Of a stretch of DNA of 64,000 nucleotides, positions 10,487 through 20,350 are shown piece after piece. Numbering within the stretch: the stretch's first letter is position 1; every line of letters begins with the position of its first letter. The notes under the pieces were generated by a model. It did no database searches. It worked only from the letters and a program-made list of their open reading frames with translations, and was not told the DNA's origin. The DNA lies in assembly GCA_964535655.1 (NCBI GenBank), contig CAZHTP010000004.1:139108-203107 (forward strand). The letters run 5' to 3'. This stretch comes from an uncultured Gammaproteobacteria bacterium (lineage in GTDB: Bacteria > Patescibacteriota > Microgenomatia > JALYQM01). Both the position numbers and the translations under genes were made by a program.

Positions 10487-11467
10487 ATGCTTATTCACGA
10501 TGCTATTTACGGAGACTTTGATATTACTGAGCCAGTGTTGCTTGAGCTTCTTGAAGATCCAACTGTTAAGCGAGCTGCTACGGTGATGCAGAGTGCTACC
10601 ACTGCACCGATTAATGGTTTTGAGGATTTCTCACGACTTGAACATTGTATTGGTGTAATGTTATTAATCCGATCTTTGGGAGGATTATTAGCCGAGCAAA
10701 TAGCTGGTCTTTTGCATGATATTTCTCATACTGCTTTTTCTCACGTAGTAGATGTTGTTTATAAAAAGAGCTTGTCCCAGAATTATCATGAGGAAATTAA
10801 GGAAGATTTGATATTAAAGTCCGGCATACCTCGTATCTTAGAGAAATATGGTTTTAAGACCGAAGAAATTCTTGATGATTCTAAATACGGATTGCTGGAG
10901 CGTTCTTCTCCTCAGCTTTGTGCCGATCGGCTTGATTACACTTTTCGTAATCTACTTTATTTCAAAGATAATTTGAAAAAAGCTATTTTATATTTTAAGC
11001 ATTTATCTGTATTTGATGGCCAAATTGTTTTTGATAACGTTGATGTTGCGCGAGAATTTGCCGAAGATTATTTAGAATTAGATCAATCATTATGGAGTGA
11101 TCCACGATGTCAGACAGCTTATTTTATTTTAGCCGATGCGTTACGTAAAGCTCTTGATGAGAGGATTCTCGTTGAGTCCGATCTTATGCGTTCTGATAGT
11201 GAACTATGGTCGGTTCTCGTAGCGCAACGTGGGAGTATCTCAGAGCTAATGAATAAGCTTACTCCGGGATTACAAGTCCAACTTGTCGATGAAAACCCTG
11301 AATATCTTATTCATACTAAAACTAGATTCGTTAATCCGCCAGTGTATATCAAAGAATCTTCCGAGTTAGTACGTGTATTTGATATCTTTCCTGAAGTAGC
11401 ATTACGAGTAACAGATCATCAAGTACGGTTTAGTAAGCCATTTGGTGTAAAAGTAATTACCTCTTAA
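10487..11467 (+). CDS. HD-domain phosphohydrolase (SAMHD1/dNTPase-like family)
   Basis: DAIYG, SRLEHCIG, LLHDISHTAFSH, ADRLDY. Confidence 0.88.
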   Translation: MLIHDAIYGDFDITEPVLLELLEDPTVKRAATVMQSATTAPINGFEDFSRLEHCIGVMLLIRSLGGLLAEQIAGLLHDISHTAFSHVVDVVYKKSLSQNYHEEIKEDLILKSGIPRILEKYGFKTEEILDDSKYGLLERSSPQLCADRLDYTFRNLLYFKDNLKKAILYFKHLSVFDGQIVFDNVDVAREFAEDYLELDQSLWSDPRCQTAYFILADALRKALDERILVESDLMRSDSELWSVLVAQRGSISELMNKLTPGLQVQLVDENPEYLIHTKTRFVNPPVYIKESSELVRVFDIFPEVALRVTDHQVRFSKPFGVKVITS

Positions 11468-11472
11468 TATTT

Positions 11473-12042
11473 ATGTCTGAACTGCTCTTTAAAGAATTAT
11501 ATAAGAAATCCTTGCGCTTTTTAGGTGTTCGTTGGCGGAGTGAAAAAGAGATTCGAGATAAAGTTAGCGAGTGGATGAAGAAAGATAGCTGGGCTTATGG
11601 TAGAAATGAGATGGAATTGGGTAGTGATGATCAGATTAGAAATGAACTAATTGATCGAGTAGTGGTGCAACTGAAGAAGGATCGATTTTTGGATGACCGT
11701 CGATTTGCCGAAGAATGGGTTTCGAGCCGAATGCGAGTTAAACCTCGGGGAGAAGTTATTTTACGAATGGAGTTAGCTCAAAAAGGAATCGATCGTCATA
11801 TTATAGATGATGTCCTGGAAGAAATGCTACGTACTCGTTCAGGAGAATCTTCGGAGGAGAATGCGCTGCGAAGTATGGCTCTTAAAGTAGGACAAAAGTA
11901 TGTCCGCAAATTGAATAATGATGATGACCGAGCATTTAAATTCAAATTATCGCAGGCTTTGGCACGCAAAGGCTTTGATAGTTCCGTGATAAAGAGTGTC
12001 GTTGACGAGCTTTTAGGGACGAGATACAATACTGAGGACTAG
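11473..12042 (+). CDS. recX: Regulatory protein RecX
   Basis: R.RSEKEIR, FLDDRRFA, ELAQKGI, LARKGF; lies downstream of recA. Confidence 0.92.
   Translation: MSELLFKELYKKSLRFLGVRWRSEKEIRDKVSEWMKKDSWAYGRNEMELGSDDQIRNELIDRVVVQLKKDRFLDDRRFAEEWVSSRMRVKPRGEVILRMELAQKGIDRHIIDDVLEEMLRTRSGESSEENALRSMALKVGQKYVRKLNNDDDRAFKFKLSQALARKGFDSSVIKSVVDELLGTRYNTED
12002..12030 (+). promoter_or_regulatory. Sigma70-type promoter for rny, inside the recX 3' end
   Basis: TTGACG - 17 nt - TACAAT. Confidence 0.65.
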
Positions 12043-12092
12043 GAAATTGTGAAATAGTCAATTATTACGTATTACATTAAACTAAAATTTTT

Positions 12093-12233
12093 AAGGAATC
12101 TCTCGAATTTCGCATGAAGATCTTACTCAAAATGATACAAATGAGCTCAGATTTAGCTTTGTTACCGTTATACTACTCTACCTTGACGTAGAGTCTTCTT
12201 GCATGTTTCGAGTGCCCTCCTTTTATGAAAGGA
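12093..12233 (+). ncRNA. Structured RNA element in rny leader (cis-regulator or 6S-like RNA)
   Basis: Long-range complementarity AAGGA/TCCTT, CTCGAA/TTCGAG, GCATGAAGA/TCTTCTTGC; internal hairpin ACTCTAC/GTAGAGT. Confidence 0.5.
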
Positions 12234-12237
12234 TTAT

Positions 12238-13794
12238 ATGAATACCCAATCCCTGGTATTGCTTATCGGGTTGGTGGGTGTTATTGCCGTACTTGTTTAT
12301 CGTGAGTTACAACGAAAGAAGTCTCCTGAACAACCAGCTGAAATTACCCATCCGGCCAGTACTGTTGCTTTAAATGATCGAGAATTACTCGAATCTAAAC
12401 AGAAAGCTCGAGAAATTGTTCTTGAAGCTAAAGATGAGGCTTACAAGCTGAAGAAGAATGCAGAAGATGAAATTAGACAGGCTCGCAAGGATTTTCTCCA
12501 ATTAGAAACTAGAATTCAACAAAAAGAAGAAGGATTAGATCGTAAACTTACTCAGGTTGAGAATCGTGAAGCATCGTTAATTTCGCGCCAGACTGACCTT
12601 GATAATAAACTGGCAGAAGTAGAAAAAACTAAAGCTGAGACTCTTGCTAAGCTGGAAAGAGCAGCTCAACTTACCCGCGAGGAAGCTAAAGCACTTATTC
12701 TTGAAGCTACAGAGAAAACCTTAAAAGATGAGATTGCTAAAAAAGTCCGTGAGTCTGAACAGGAAGCAAAGCTGCAAGCCGAAGAAAAAGCTCGTGATAT
12801 TGTTGTTACTGCCATGCTTCATGGTGCAACTGATTACGTACCTGAATATACTTCAACTCGAGTTAAGCTAGTGGATGAGGATATGAAGGGAAGAATTATT
12901 GGTAAAGAAGGACGAAATATAAAGGCTTTTGAGATGGCTACGGGTGTCGATGTTGAAATAGATGAAACTCCAGGCGAAATCCTTCTTTCAAGCTTTGATT
13001 CCGTACGTCGAGCGATTGCAAAGAAAGCGCTTGAACGTTTGATGGCAGATGGACGAATACAGCCAATCAAGATTGAAGAGATTGTAGAGAAGACTCGTAA
13101 AGAAGAAGAGAAATTGATGCGTGAAGAAGGTGAAAAGTTATGTGCTGCGGTTGGTGTTTATAATTTACCTATCGACTTGGTAGAAATGCTTGGTCGGTTT
13201 AAACATCGATTTTCCTACGGTCAAAGTATGATTACCCATACTCTTGAGGAGACTAAGATTGGCGTGGCGATTGCTAAAGAGGTCGGTGCCGATGTGGATA
13301 TTGTAAAACTGGCGTGCTTGTTTCATGATATTGGAAAAATTATTCAGGATGAAGAAGGAACTCATATTGAGCTTGGTGTTAAATTGTTGAAGCAATATAA
13401 ATTTCCTGAGAAAGTTATACGCGCAGTAGCTGAACATCATGAAGATGAGCCATTTTCAAGTGCTGAATCAATGATTGTGTATATCGCTGATGCTATTTCT
13501 GGGTCACGTCCTGGGGCCCGTCATGAGAGCGTTCAAGAGTATATTGATCGCTTGCGTACAGAAGAAGATACCGTTTGGGAAATTGGTGGTCGAGATAAAG
13601 TTGATCGTGTCTTTGCTGTTCAGGCAGGTCGCGAGTTACGTGTTCTGGTAAAATCTTCCCATGTAGACGATGCTGAGGCAGTGATGCTTTCAAAGAAAAT
13701 TGCTAAGGAGCTTGAGTCTCGTTTGAAGAATTTCCCTGGGCAAATTAAAGTAACCGTCATTCGTGAAACAAGATCAGTTGCGACAGCTCGTTAA
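12238..13794 (+). CDS. rny: Ribonuclease Y
   Basis: N-terminal TM, coiled coil, KH (MKGRIIGKEGRNI), HD (FHDIGK), ADAISGSRPGAR, PGQIKVTVIRE. Confidence 0.98.
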   Translation: MNTQSLVLLIGLVGVIAVLVYRELQRKKSPEQPAEITHPASTVALNDRELLESKQKAREIVLEAKDEAYKLKKNAEDEIRQARKDFLQLETRIQQKEEGLDRKLTQVENREASLISRQTDLDNKLAEVEKTKAETLAKLERAAQLTREEAKALILEATEKTLKDEIAKKVRESEQEAKLQAEEKARDIVVTAMLHGATDYVPEYTSTRVKLVDEDMKGRIIGKEGRNIKAFEMATGVDVEIDETPGEILLSSFDSVRRAIAKKALERLMADGRIQPIKIEEIVEKTRKEEEKLMREEGEKLCAAVGVYNLPIDLVEMLGRFKHRFSYGQSMITHTLEETKIGVAIAKEVGADVDIVKLACLFHDIGKIIQDEEGTHIELGVKLLKQYKFPEKVIRAVAEHHEDEPFSSAESMIVYIADAISGSRPGARHESVQEYIDRLRTEEDTVWEIGGRDKVDRVFAVQAGRELRVLVKSSHVDDAEAVMLSKKIAKELESRLKNFPGQIKVTVIRETRSVATAR

Positions 13795-13833
13795 CGCTGT
13801 TGCTATTGCCTTCTATTACTGTATTATAGAGGT

Positions 13834-14451
13834 ATGGTCTTGAAGCGTGAGCGAGGATTTTCTCTAATTGAATTGCTCATTGTGATTACTTTGATGTCGA
13901 TTATTTTCGGTGTAACGGTGCCATTTTACCGTCGTTACGTAGCCCAAACCGCATTGCGAAATGTATCACAAGATTTATATCTAAAGCTTGTTACTGCCCA
14001 TAATAATGCAATAAATGGAGTTTTGCCAAAAACCGCATCGGCTGCTAATCAGCGATATTGGTGGGTGGTTACTATGGTTAATGCTTCAGGATTATGGCAA
14101 TATGAAACAGGCGCCTGCCCACTGCAATCCATCCCTCCCGCTACACAAGCTCAATATGATAACCAGTTTTCTTTTTCTTTTTGTAATACTGAAGAATATA
14201 AGCTTTTTAAATTTCCAACGAGTTTTGCGGTAAGCCATCAGTATAGTGCTTCAAATTCAGCCATAGCAATTTATTTTGAGCCTATAAGTGGGCAAGTTAG
14301 AGTGTATGATGTCTCGGGGGCTCGCCTGGATGATCCGACAGACATGACTTCAAATGTGATTGATATTGTTGTCAGTTCTGTAGATTATCCACAATTGCAG
14401 GTTCGCTTTCATGTAAATAGACAGGGAACGATCTCTCAAGAATCTTCTTAA
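13834..14451 (+). CDS. Type IV pilin/pseudopilin-like protein
   Basis: Class III signal RG|FSLIELLIVI. Confidence 0.88.
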   Translation: MVLKRERGFSLIELLIVITLMSIIFGVTVPFYRRYVAQTALRNVSQDLYLKLVTAHNNAINGVLPKTASAANQRYWWVVTMVNASGLWQYETGACPLQSIPPATQAQYDNQFSFSFCNTEEYKLFKFPTSFAVSHQYSASNSAIAIYFEPISGQVRVYDVSGARLDDPTDMTSNVIDIVVSSVDYPQLQVRFHVNRQGTISQESS

Positions 14452-14453
14452 CA

Positions 14454-16556
14454 TTACCATGTAATATCGTCTTGCAAAGAGTCTAGCTGATCGGCATAAA
14501 ACTGAATTTTGCTCTTGTAGTTGCCGCCACCAATTGCTCCTGACCTTCTGCCTGTTTGAGAGTACGCATTTTCAAACTTTATTAGTGCTTCAGGAATATC
14601 AGCGATAAAACGAGATACGACAGAGGTCTGATGAGAGCCGTATATCGTTCGATTTATTGTGTAGGTTAAGTATAAATCTTGCATTGCGCGAGTTATTCCA
14701 ACGTAGGCTAAGCGTCGTTCTTCTTCGAGTTCATTGTTGTCAAGCAGTGCACGAGAATGTGGAAAGAGTCCTTCTTCCCAGCCAACAATGAAAACATGTT
14801 TAAACTCAAGGCCTTTGGCGGCGTGTAATGTCATTAAGGTGACGGCGTTATATTCGGTTTCAGCCCTATGGCGTCCAGATATCGTTTCAGGGCCTTCAAG
14901 TAGGGAAATATTCTCAAGAAACTGATCTATGTTGGGATACTGAGCAGCGACTGTTTTTAATTCCTTAATGTTTTCAACTCGTTGCGTTCCCATTTCAGTA
15001 CCATCGTCAATGTATTCAATATAATCTGTGAGATCGACAATTTTTTCGAGCAATTCGAGTGTTGTATGGAGTCCTTCGGTTGTCGGAAGGGCAAATGATG
15101 TATCCGGGTTGAACGGTTCGTTGGGTGTTATTTCAGCTACTGGCTGGTCCTCGGCAAATGAAAATTTAAGCGTTTGCGGTTCGTTTTTTTTCTTGCTTTT
15201 TTTAGCCTCAGGCTCTAATTGCTTAATTCTTTGCACTGTTTCGTGATATTGTGCTTGGAATTCTAGAAATTTTTTTAGCTTGGTTTTTCCGATTTTGGTC
15301 ATTCTTTCGAGTGAAACATTGTCTTTAGGGTTGCGAAGATATCTTAAATAGGCAAGTAAATCTTTAATTTCTTTGCGATCATAAAAGCGCAAACCGCCGA
15401 TTAATTTATACGGAATGCTGTTTTTTATGAATGATTCTTCAAGAGAGCGGGATTGTGCGTTAGTGCGATAAAGGACGGCAACATCTTTATAGAGAAATTC
15501 GTTGTTAACAATTTGTTTTATTACATAATAGGATTCATCAATTTCGTTTTGAGCTTCATAAATGGTAATTGGTAGACCGGAAGGGTTTTTAGTAAAAAGT
15601 TTGAGTACTTTATGCCCAGTATTTTTACTAATTACAGCCGTGGCAGTGTCTAAAATATATTGAGTTGACCGATAGTTTTCTTCGAGCGAAAAAACTCTAG
15701 CAAGTGGATAATCTTTTTCGAATGCGATAATATTTCGGATATCTGCACCTCTAAATTTGTAGATTGACTGACTCATATCCCCCACAACACAGAGGTTTTG
15801 GTATTTTTTTGCGAGGAGTCTGGTAATCGTGTATTGAACATGATTAGTATCCTGGTATTCGTCGACCATTATATATTTAAAGAGTTCATGATATTTATCT
15901 AAAACAGAAGGAACCTGGCGAAATAATTCGATGCTTTGTGTCAGTAAATCGTCAAAGTCTAGCGCATCGATTTCGCGTAAGCGTTTTTCGTATGATTCAA
16001 ATACTTGAGCTACTACTTGTTGGTAGGGGCCTTTTGCCACTTGGGAATATTCACGGGCAGAAATATTTTCATTTTTACTTTGGGAAATAATGGAATGGAT
16101 GGCCGATGGATTAACTTTTTTAACATCGATATCCATTTCTTTAAGAATATTTCTAATTAATGTTTTTTGATCATCGGAGTCGTAGATAAGATAGTTAGGG
16201 GAAAGCCCAATATGACGGCCTTCAATGCGCAGTAGACGCGAGCAGAAAGAATGAAATGTCCCCATAAAAGGGAGGGTATATTTATTGACTTGAATATTTG
16301 ATCCTTCTTCACCTTCTAGCTGGGTCAATAACTTCCTAACGCGTTCTTTCATTTCTCCGGCAGCTTTATTGGTAAAAGTTACCATTAAAATATTATTTCC
16401 TGGGATTTTTTTTTCTGTCATTAAATATACCGTTCGATAAGTGAGGACGCGGGTTTTTCCTGAGCCAGCTCCAGCAAGAATTAATACTGGCCCGTCGGTT
16501 TGGGCTACGGCTTGTTGTTGCACGAGATTGAGATCAGAGAGGATCGATTTGGACAT
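14454..16556 (-). CDS. pcrA: ATP-dependent DNA helicase PcrA/UvrD
   Basis: AGAGSGKT, TFTNKAA, VDEYQDTN, LEENYRS, MTLHAAKGLEF, EERRLAYVGITRA. Confidence 0.96.
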   Translation of the reverse strand: MSKSILSDLNLVQQQAVAQTDGPVLILAGAGSGKTRVLTYRTVYLMTEKKIPGNNILMVTFTNKAAGEMKERVRKLLTQLEGEEGSNIQVNKYTLPFMGTFHSFCSRLLRIEGRHIGLSPNYLIYDSDDQKTLIRNILKEMDIDVKKVNPSAIHSIISQSKNENISAREYSQVAKGPYQQVVAQVFESYEKRLREIDALDFDDLLTQSIELFRQVPSVLDKYHELFKYIMVDEYQDTNHVQYTITRLLAKKYQNLCVVGDMSQSIYKFRGADIRNIIAFEKDYPLARVFSLEENYRSTQYILDTATAVISKNTGHKVLKLFTKNPSGLPITIYEAQNEIDESYYVIKQIVNNEFLYKDVAVLYRTNAQSRSLEESFIKNSIPYKLIGGLRFYDRKEIKDLLAYLRYLRNPKDNVSLERMTKIGKTKLKKFLEFQAQYHETVQRIKQLEPEAKKSKKKNEPQTLKFSFAEDQPVAEITPNEPFNPDTSFALPTTEGLHTTLELLEKIVDLTDYIEYIDDGTEMGTQRVENIKELKTVAAQYPNIDQFLENISLLEGPETISGRHRAETEYNAVTLMTLHAAKGLEFKHVFIVGWEEGLFPHSRALLDNNELEEERRLAYVGITRAMQDLYLTYTINRTIYGSHQTSVVSRFIADIPEALIKFENAYSQTGRRSGAIGGGNYKSKIQFYADQLDSLQDDITW

Positions 16557-16643
16557 GGTATCATTAATACACTTGAGGATAAGATGAGTCAAGGATTACT
16601 GGTGTGTGGACACAATGATCGATATTTGTAATATAATCGGAGT

Positions 16644-17120
16644 ATGGAATCATCTGACCTGGAAGTTAATAAAGGAAATGATGTAGAGCAATTGCTTAGC
16701 GAGGTTAAAATGGCGGCACCAATCCAGAAAGAATATAAACTAAAACAAGGGGAAATAAGATTTATAACTATCCAATTACCACATGATTGTATTATAGCCG
16801 GCACAATAAGAAGGCAACATCCTTCGGAAATTAGAATAGATACATTCAGTGTTCACCCTAAATTACGACAAAACAAAATAGGAGTACGTTTAATGCAGAC
16901 AATGAGTAAGTTGGCAGTAGAAAACGGTATAACAGAATTGTCGGGAGTTATAACAAGTCGAGAAGCACTTATGGTTCGAGCAAAGGTGTTTGGGGAGAAC
17001 AACCTAGCTTTCTATGACACAGACTTTAATGGGAATCGTATTAAGTTAGATACGGATTATCGGAGTATTTTGGAGCAGACAGAGGGGGGGGCAGCATATC
17101 AGTGTTTTTGGTATTTCTGA
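16644..17120 (+). CDS. GNAT-fold acetyltransferase-like protein, possibly frameshifted at a G8 tract
   Basis: Motif A-like VHPKLRQNKIGVRLM; alternative frame after G8 stays open to 17172. Confidence 0.65.
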   Translation: MESSDLEVNKGNDVEQLLSEVKMAAPIQKEYKLKQGEIRFITIQLPHDCIIAGTIRRQHPSEIRIDTFSVHPKLRQNKIGVRLMQTMSKLAVENGITELSGVITSREALMVRAKVFGENNLAFYDTDFNGNRIKLDTDYRSILEQTEGGAAYQCFWYF

Positions 17121-17268
17121 TTTGACCAAGGTAGATACTAGGGATTGGGAAATGCCTCTTAGCGAACCCTAAATCAGAAAACAAATATAACTGAGCTTAG
17201 TACTTGTCTTTAATGTTATAATTATTTGGTGTTTATTAGTTTATTAAGCGTAACCCAAAGGGGGATGT

Positions 17269-17532
17269 ATGGTTAAATTACTCGATTTCTATGCTGACTG
17301 GTGTGGACCATGTAAAATGATGGACCCAATACTCACTGAGCTTGAAAAAGAATGGAAGGATACGGTAGTTATTGAAAAAATTAATGTAGATGCACAAACA
17401 GACATTGCAAGTCAATATGGGGTTATGAGTATACCCACCTATGTGGTTGTAAAAAACGATGCAGAAGTTGGACGCATTGTTGGATATAAGCCAAAGGCAG
17501 ATTTTAAGAAACAGATTGAAAGCTATATATAA
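17269..17532 (+). CDS. trxA: Thioredoxin
   Basis: DFYADWCGPC, YGVMSIPT. Confidence 0.95.
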   Translation: MVKLLDFYADWCGPCKMMDPILTELEKEWKDTVVIEKINVDAQTDIASQYGVMSIPTYVVVKNDAEVGRIVGYKPKADFKKQIESYI

Positions 17533-17533
17533 T

Positions 17534-18193
17534 ATGAAAAAGCTAGTTATCGCTAATTGGAAATGTTTTAAAACTATTGAAGAGGGTTTGCAGTGGATTA
17601 ACGCGGTTGGTTTGGTGATGCCTCAACTTGAAAATATTGATGTTGTTGTGTGCCCGTCTTTTATTGCTCTTGATGCGGTCTCTCGTTTGGTAAAAGAAAA
17701 AGGATATGCCTTAAAAGTTGGATCGCAAACACTCTCGTCTATCGAACAAGGAGCATTTACCGGTGAAGTGAGTGCAAAAATGCTTTCAGGTATAGCTGAC
17801 TTTGCTTTGGTTGGACATTCAGAACGTCGAAGTAATTTTGGCGAAACAAATGCCGATATGGAGAAGAAATTAGCTCTCGCAAAACAACACCGCATTGAGC
17901 CACTTCTGTTAGTTAGAAGTGAAGAAGATACGATTCCTAGAGGAACTACCTATTTTGCCTGGGAACCAGTAAAAGCAATTGGAAGCGGTAGTTCGATTGA
18001 TGCTAAAACAGCTGATGATATGGTTGTACATCTTGCCAAGGGGCGCCAGGGTCTGTATGGTATGTATGGCGGTAGTGTAACTCCCGATAACGTTAATACA
18101 TACATACAATCTTCACATCTTTATGGTGTGGTGGTTGGATCCGCATCGCTTGATTCAAGTAAGTTTTTGGAGATGCTTAATGCGCTACGTTAA
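17534..18193 (+). CDS. tpiA: Triosephosphate isomerase (short form)
   Basis: ANWK, GAFTGEVS, GHSERR, AWEPVKAIG, YGGSV, VGSASL. Confidence 0.95.
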   Translation: MKKLVIANWKCFKTIEEGLQWINAVGLVMPQLENIDVVVCPSFIALDAVSRLVKEKGYALKVGSQTLSSIEQGAFTGEVSAKMLSGIADFALVGHSERRSNFGETNADMEKKLALAKQHRIEPLLLVRSEEDTIPRGTTYFAWEPVKAIGSGSSIDAKTADDMVVHLAKGRQGLYGMYGGSVTPDNVNTYIQSSHLYGVVVGSASLDSSKFLEMLNALR

Positions 18194-19439
18194 TTTTGAT
18201 GATGCCTCGCAGAAAAAAGAGCAAACTAATCCTCGTGTCGCTGTGGGCGTTATCCGGTTTAATTGGGCACTCGTTGTGGGGGGGGGAATTGCTTTTTTTG
18301 TGGTACTTATGGGGTATTATGCGTGGTCTTTTTTATCTGGCTTAAAAGTAAAGGGCGAAGATTTACTTAAAGCGCCTAACGCAATCGTTACGTATGTTGC
18401 AAATAAAGATCCTCAAGTAAAGAATACTGACGGACGCGCTAATATTGCTTTGCTGGGGATTGGAGGAAAGGGCCATGATGGTCCGTATTTATCTGACACA
18501 ATGATTGTTGCTAGTATCGATATTAAAACAGGGAAGGCTGTTTTAATATCTTTGCCACGCGATATTTGGGTATCAGGGACTCGTTCTAAGCTGAACGCTG
18601 TTTATGCGTACGGATTTGAAAAAGGCGATAAAAAAGGATTGGTTCAAGCCAAAGATGAGTACGGAAAAATTGTTGGTTTACCAATTCACTATGCTGTCCG
18701 CATTGATTTTGGTGGTTTCGAGAAAGCAATTGATCTTTTAGGCGGTATTGATGTTACTGTTGACACCGCTTTTTCGGATCCCGAATATCCAATTGAAGGT
18801 CGGGAAAATGATTTATGCGGAAATAAGGAAGTTGAAGTTACACAAGCTACTGATGGGGGAGAAATAAAAACTAAAAAGTTAGTAGATGCGAATGGAAATG
18901 ATATTCCTGATTCAGTAAATCCTTACGCTTGTCGATATGAGCGGTTGTCATTTAAAAAGGGTGAGACTCAGCTTGATGGCAAAACTGCATTGAAATTTGT
19001 TCGATCACGCCATGGAACTAATAATGAAGGCAGTGATTTCGCCCGGTCACGTCGGCAGGAAAAAGTCATCACTGCCGTAAAAGAAAAAGTATTTTCATCA
19101 GAAACATTACTTAATCCTGGAAAGGTCAGTTCATTGCTTAACACCTTTGGAGAAAGTATTGAAATGGATATTGATCCAGGTGAATATGGTGAATTCTTTA
19201 AGTTATTTCAAAGAACAAAAGATTCTAAACTGGAGTCGCATGGAGTTTCTGCGGAAGGTGCGGATGCTTTACTAAAAGTAGGAGATCCGTTACTGTATGG
19301 AGGTGCGTATGTGCTTGCTCCTGTTGTCGGGAAAGATAATTGGAGCGCTGTTCAGATACAAGTAAAGCAATGGATTGAAGATAGTGTTCATCCGCCATCT
19401 CCTACACCTGAAGCTACAAAGTCTGCTCAATTAAAGTAA
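18180..19439 (+). CDS. LytR-CpsA-Psr (LCP) family cell-envelope phosphotransferase
   Basis: NIALLG, LSDTMIV, SLPRD, KLNA, FVRSRH, SDFARSRRQ. Confidence 0.93.
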   Translation: MRYVNFDDASQKKEQTNPRVAVGVIRFNWALVVGGGIAFFVVLMGYYAWSFLSGLKVKGEDLLKAPNAIVTYVANKDPQVKNTDGRANIALLGIGGKGHDGPYLSDTMIVASIDIKTGKAVLISLPRDIWVSGTRSKLNAVYAYGFEKGDKKGLVQAKDEYGKIVGLPIHYAVRIDFGGFEKAIDLLGGIDVTVDTAFSDPEYPIEGRENDLCGNKEVEVTQATDGGEIKTKKLVDANGNDIPDSVNPYACRYERLSFKKGETQLDGKTALKFVRSRHGTNNEGSDFARSRRQEKVITAVKEKVFSSETLLNPGKVSSLLNTFGESIEMDIDPGEYGEFFKLFQRTKDSKLESHGVSAEGADALLKVGDPLLYGGAYVLAPVVGKDNWSAVQIQVKQWIEDSVHPPSPTPEATKSAQLK

Positions 19440-19496
19440 TAGCGGTTATGCGATTGTTTACTAACACGGAGAGATGATTTAGACTTATTTTCAGAA

Positions 19497-20159
19497 GTGA
19501 TTTATTTAATTCATGGTAATGATGTTGTTTCTAGTCGTAAGAAGTTAGCTGAGATTCGCTGCGGATACGAGCCAGCTTCGATTTCGGCTTTGAGTGCAAA
19601 GGAGATTGATTATTCTCAATTCCCTTTGCTTTTTTCGAACATGTCGATGTTTGATGAGAAACGGCTCGTGATGGTTGAGGAGCGGCCAGATCAAAAGCAA
19701 ATAGATTTTGTTTCCATCGCACGTTCAGATGTTGATTTAGTGATATGGATTGGAGGCGTTCTTCGGTCAAACGATGCACTTATAGGTGCTATAATCAAAG
19801 CTCAAGGCCAGATATCTTTGTTTGAAGAAAAACCAGATTTAAGTGTTTTTCCTTTTCTTGATGCAGTGGCAAGTAGGAGAAGATCACTTGCTTTGCGGGA
19901 ATATCTTAAGCTTCGAGCAGAGGGGAATGATCCGATTTATTTCACAACTATGCTCGTATGGCAGTTTAGGCAAATACTTATACCTGAGTTGGCCAGTGGT
20001 TTTGTGAAGAAGAAGGTGGATGGATTTACTGCACACTTTTCGTTTGATGAACTGCGTTGTATTTATTATCTTTTATTACAGATGGATGTTCAATTGAAGA
20101 CGGGAGAAGGGGTGCCTGAAGTTTTGGTGGAGCAGTTTATTTTTAAAGTTACGAGATAA
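19497..20159 (+). CDS. holA: DNA polymerase III delta subunit (short form)
   Basis: MIYLIHGND, SMFDEKRLV, D.QLKTG. Confidence 0.75.
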   Translation: MIYLIHGNDVVSSRKKLAEIRCGYEPASISALSAKEIDYSQFPLLFSNMSMFDEKRLVMVEERPDQKQIDFVSIARSDVDLVIWIGGVLRSNDALIGAIIKAQGQISLFEEKPDLSVFPFLDAVASRRRSLALREYLKLRAEGNDPIYFTTMLVWQFRQILIPELASGFVKKKVDGFTAHFSFDELRCIYYLLLQMDVQLKTGEGVPEVLVEQFIFKVTR

Positions 20160-20350
20160 TTTTTCATGGTCTGTTCGTTGAGTTTTTGCTACTCGGAAAT
20201 TTGAAGTTTAAGTTAATCTATCCTAATGGATATTTGCTCACATGTGCTTTTTAGCTTTATAGTCGTCCAAGGGCAGATGCAAATCATTGATAAATTATAC
20301 TTTTCGTTGTACATTCTACTGGTTATAAATACTAATACTAAGGAGTTACT

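Noticed and set aside
18278-18286. G9 tract in the LCP gene as a phase-variation site
   Set aside because: It is in frame and encodes Val-Gly-Gly-Gly in a TM helix; there is no evidence of variation without reads.
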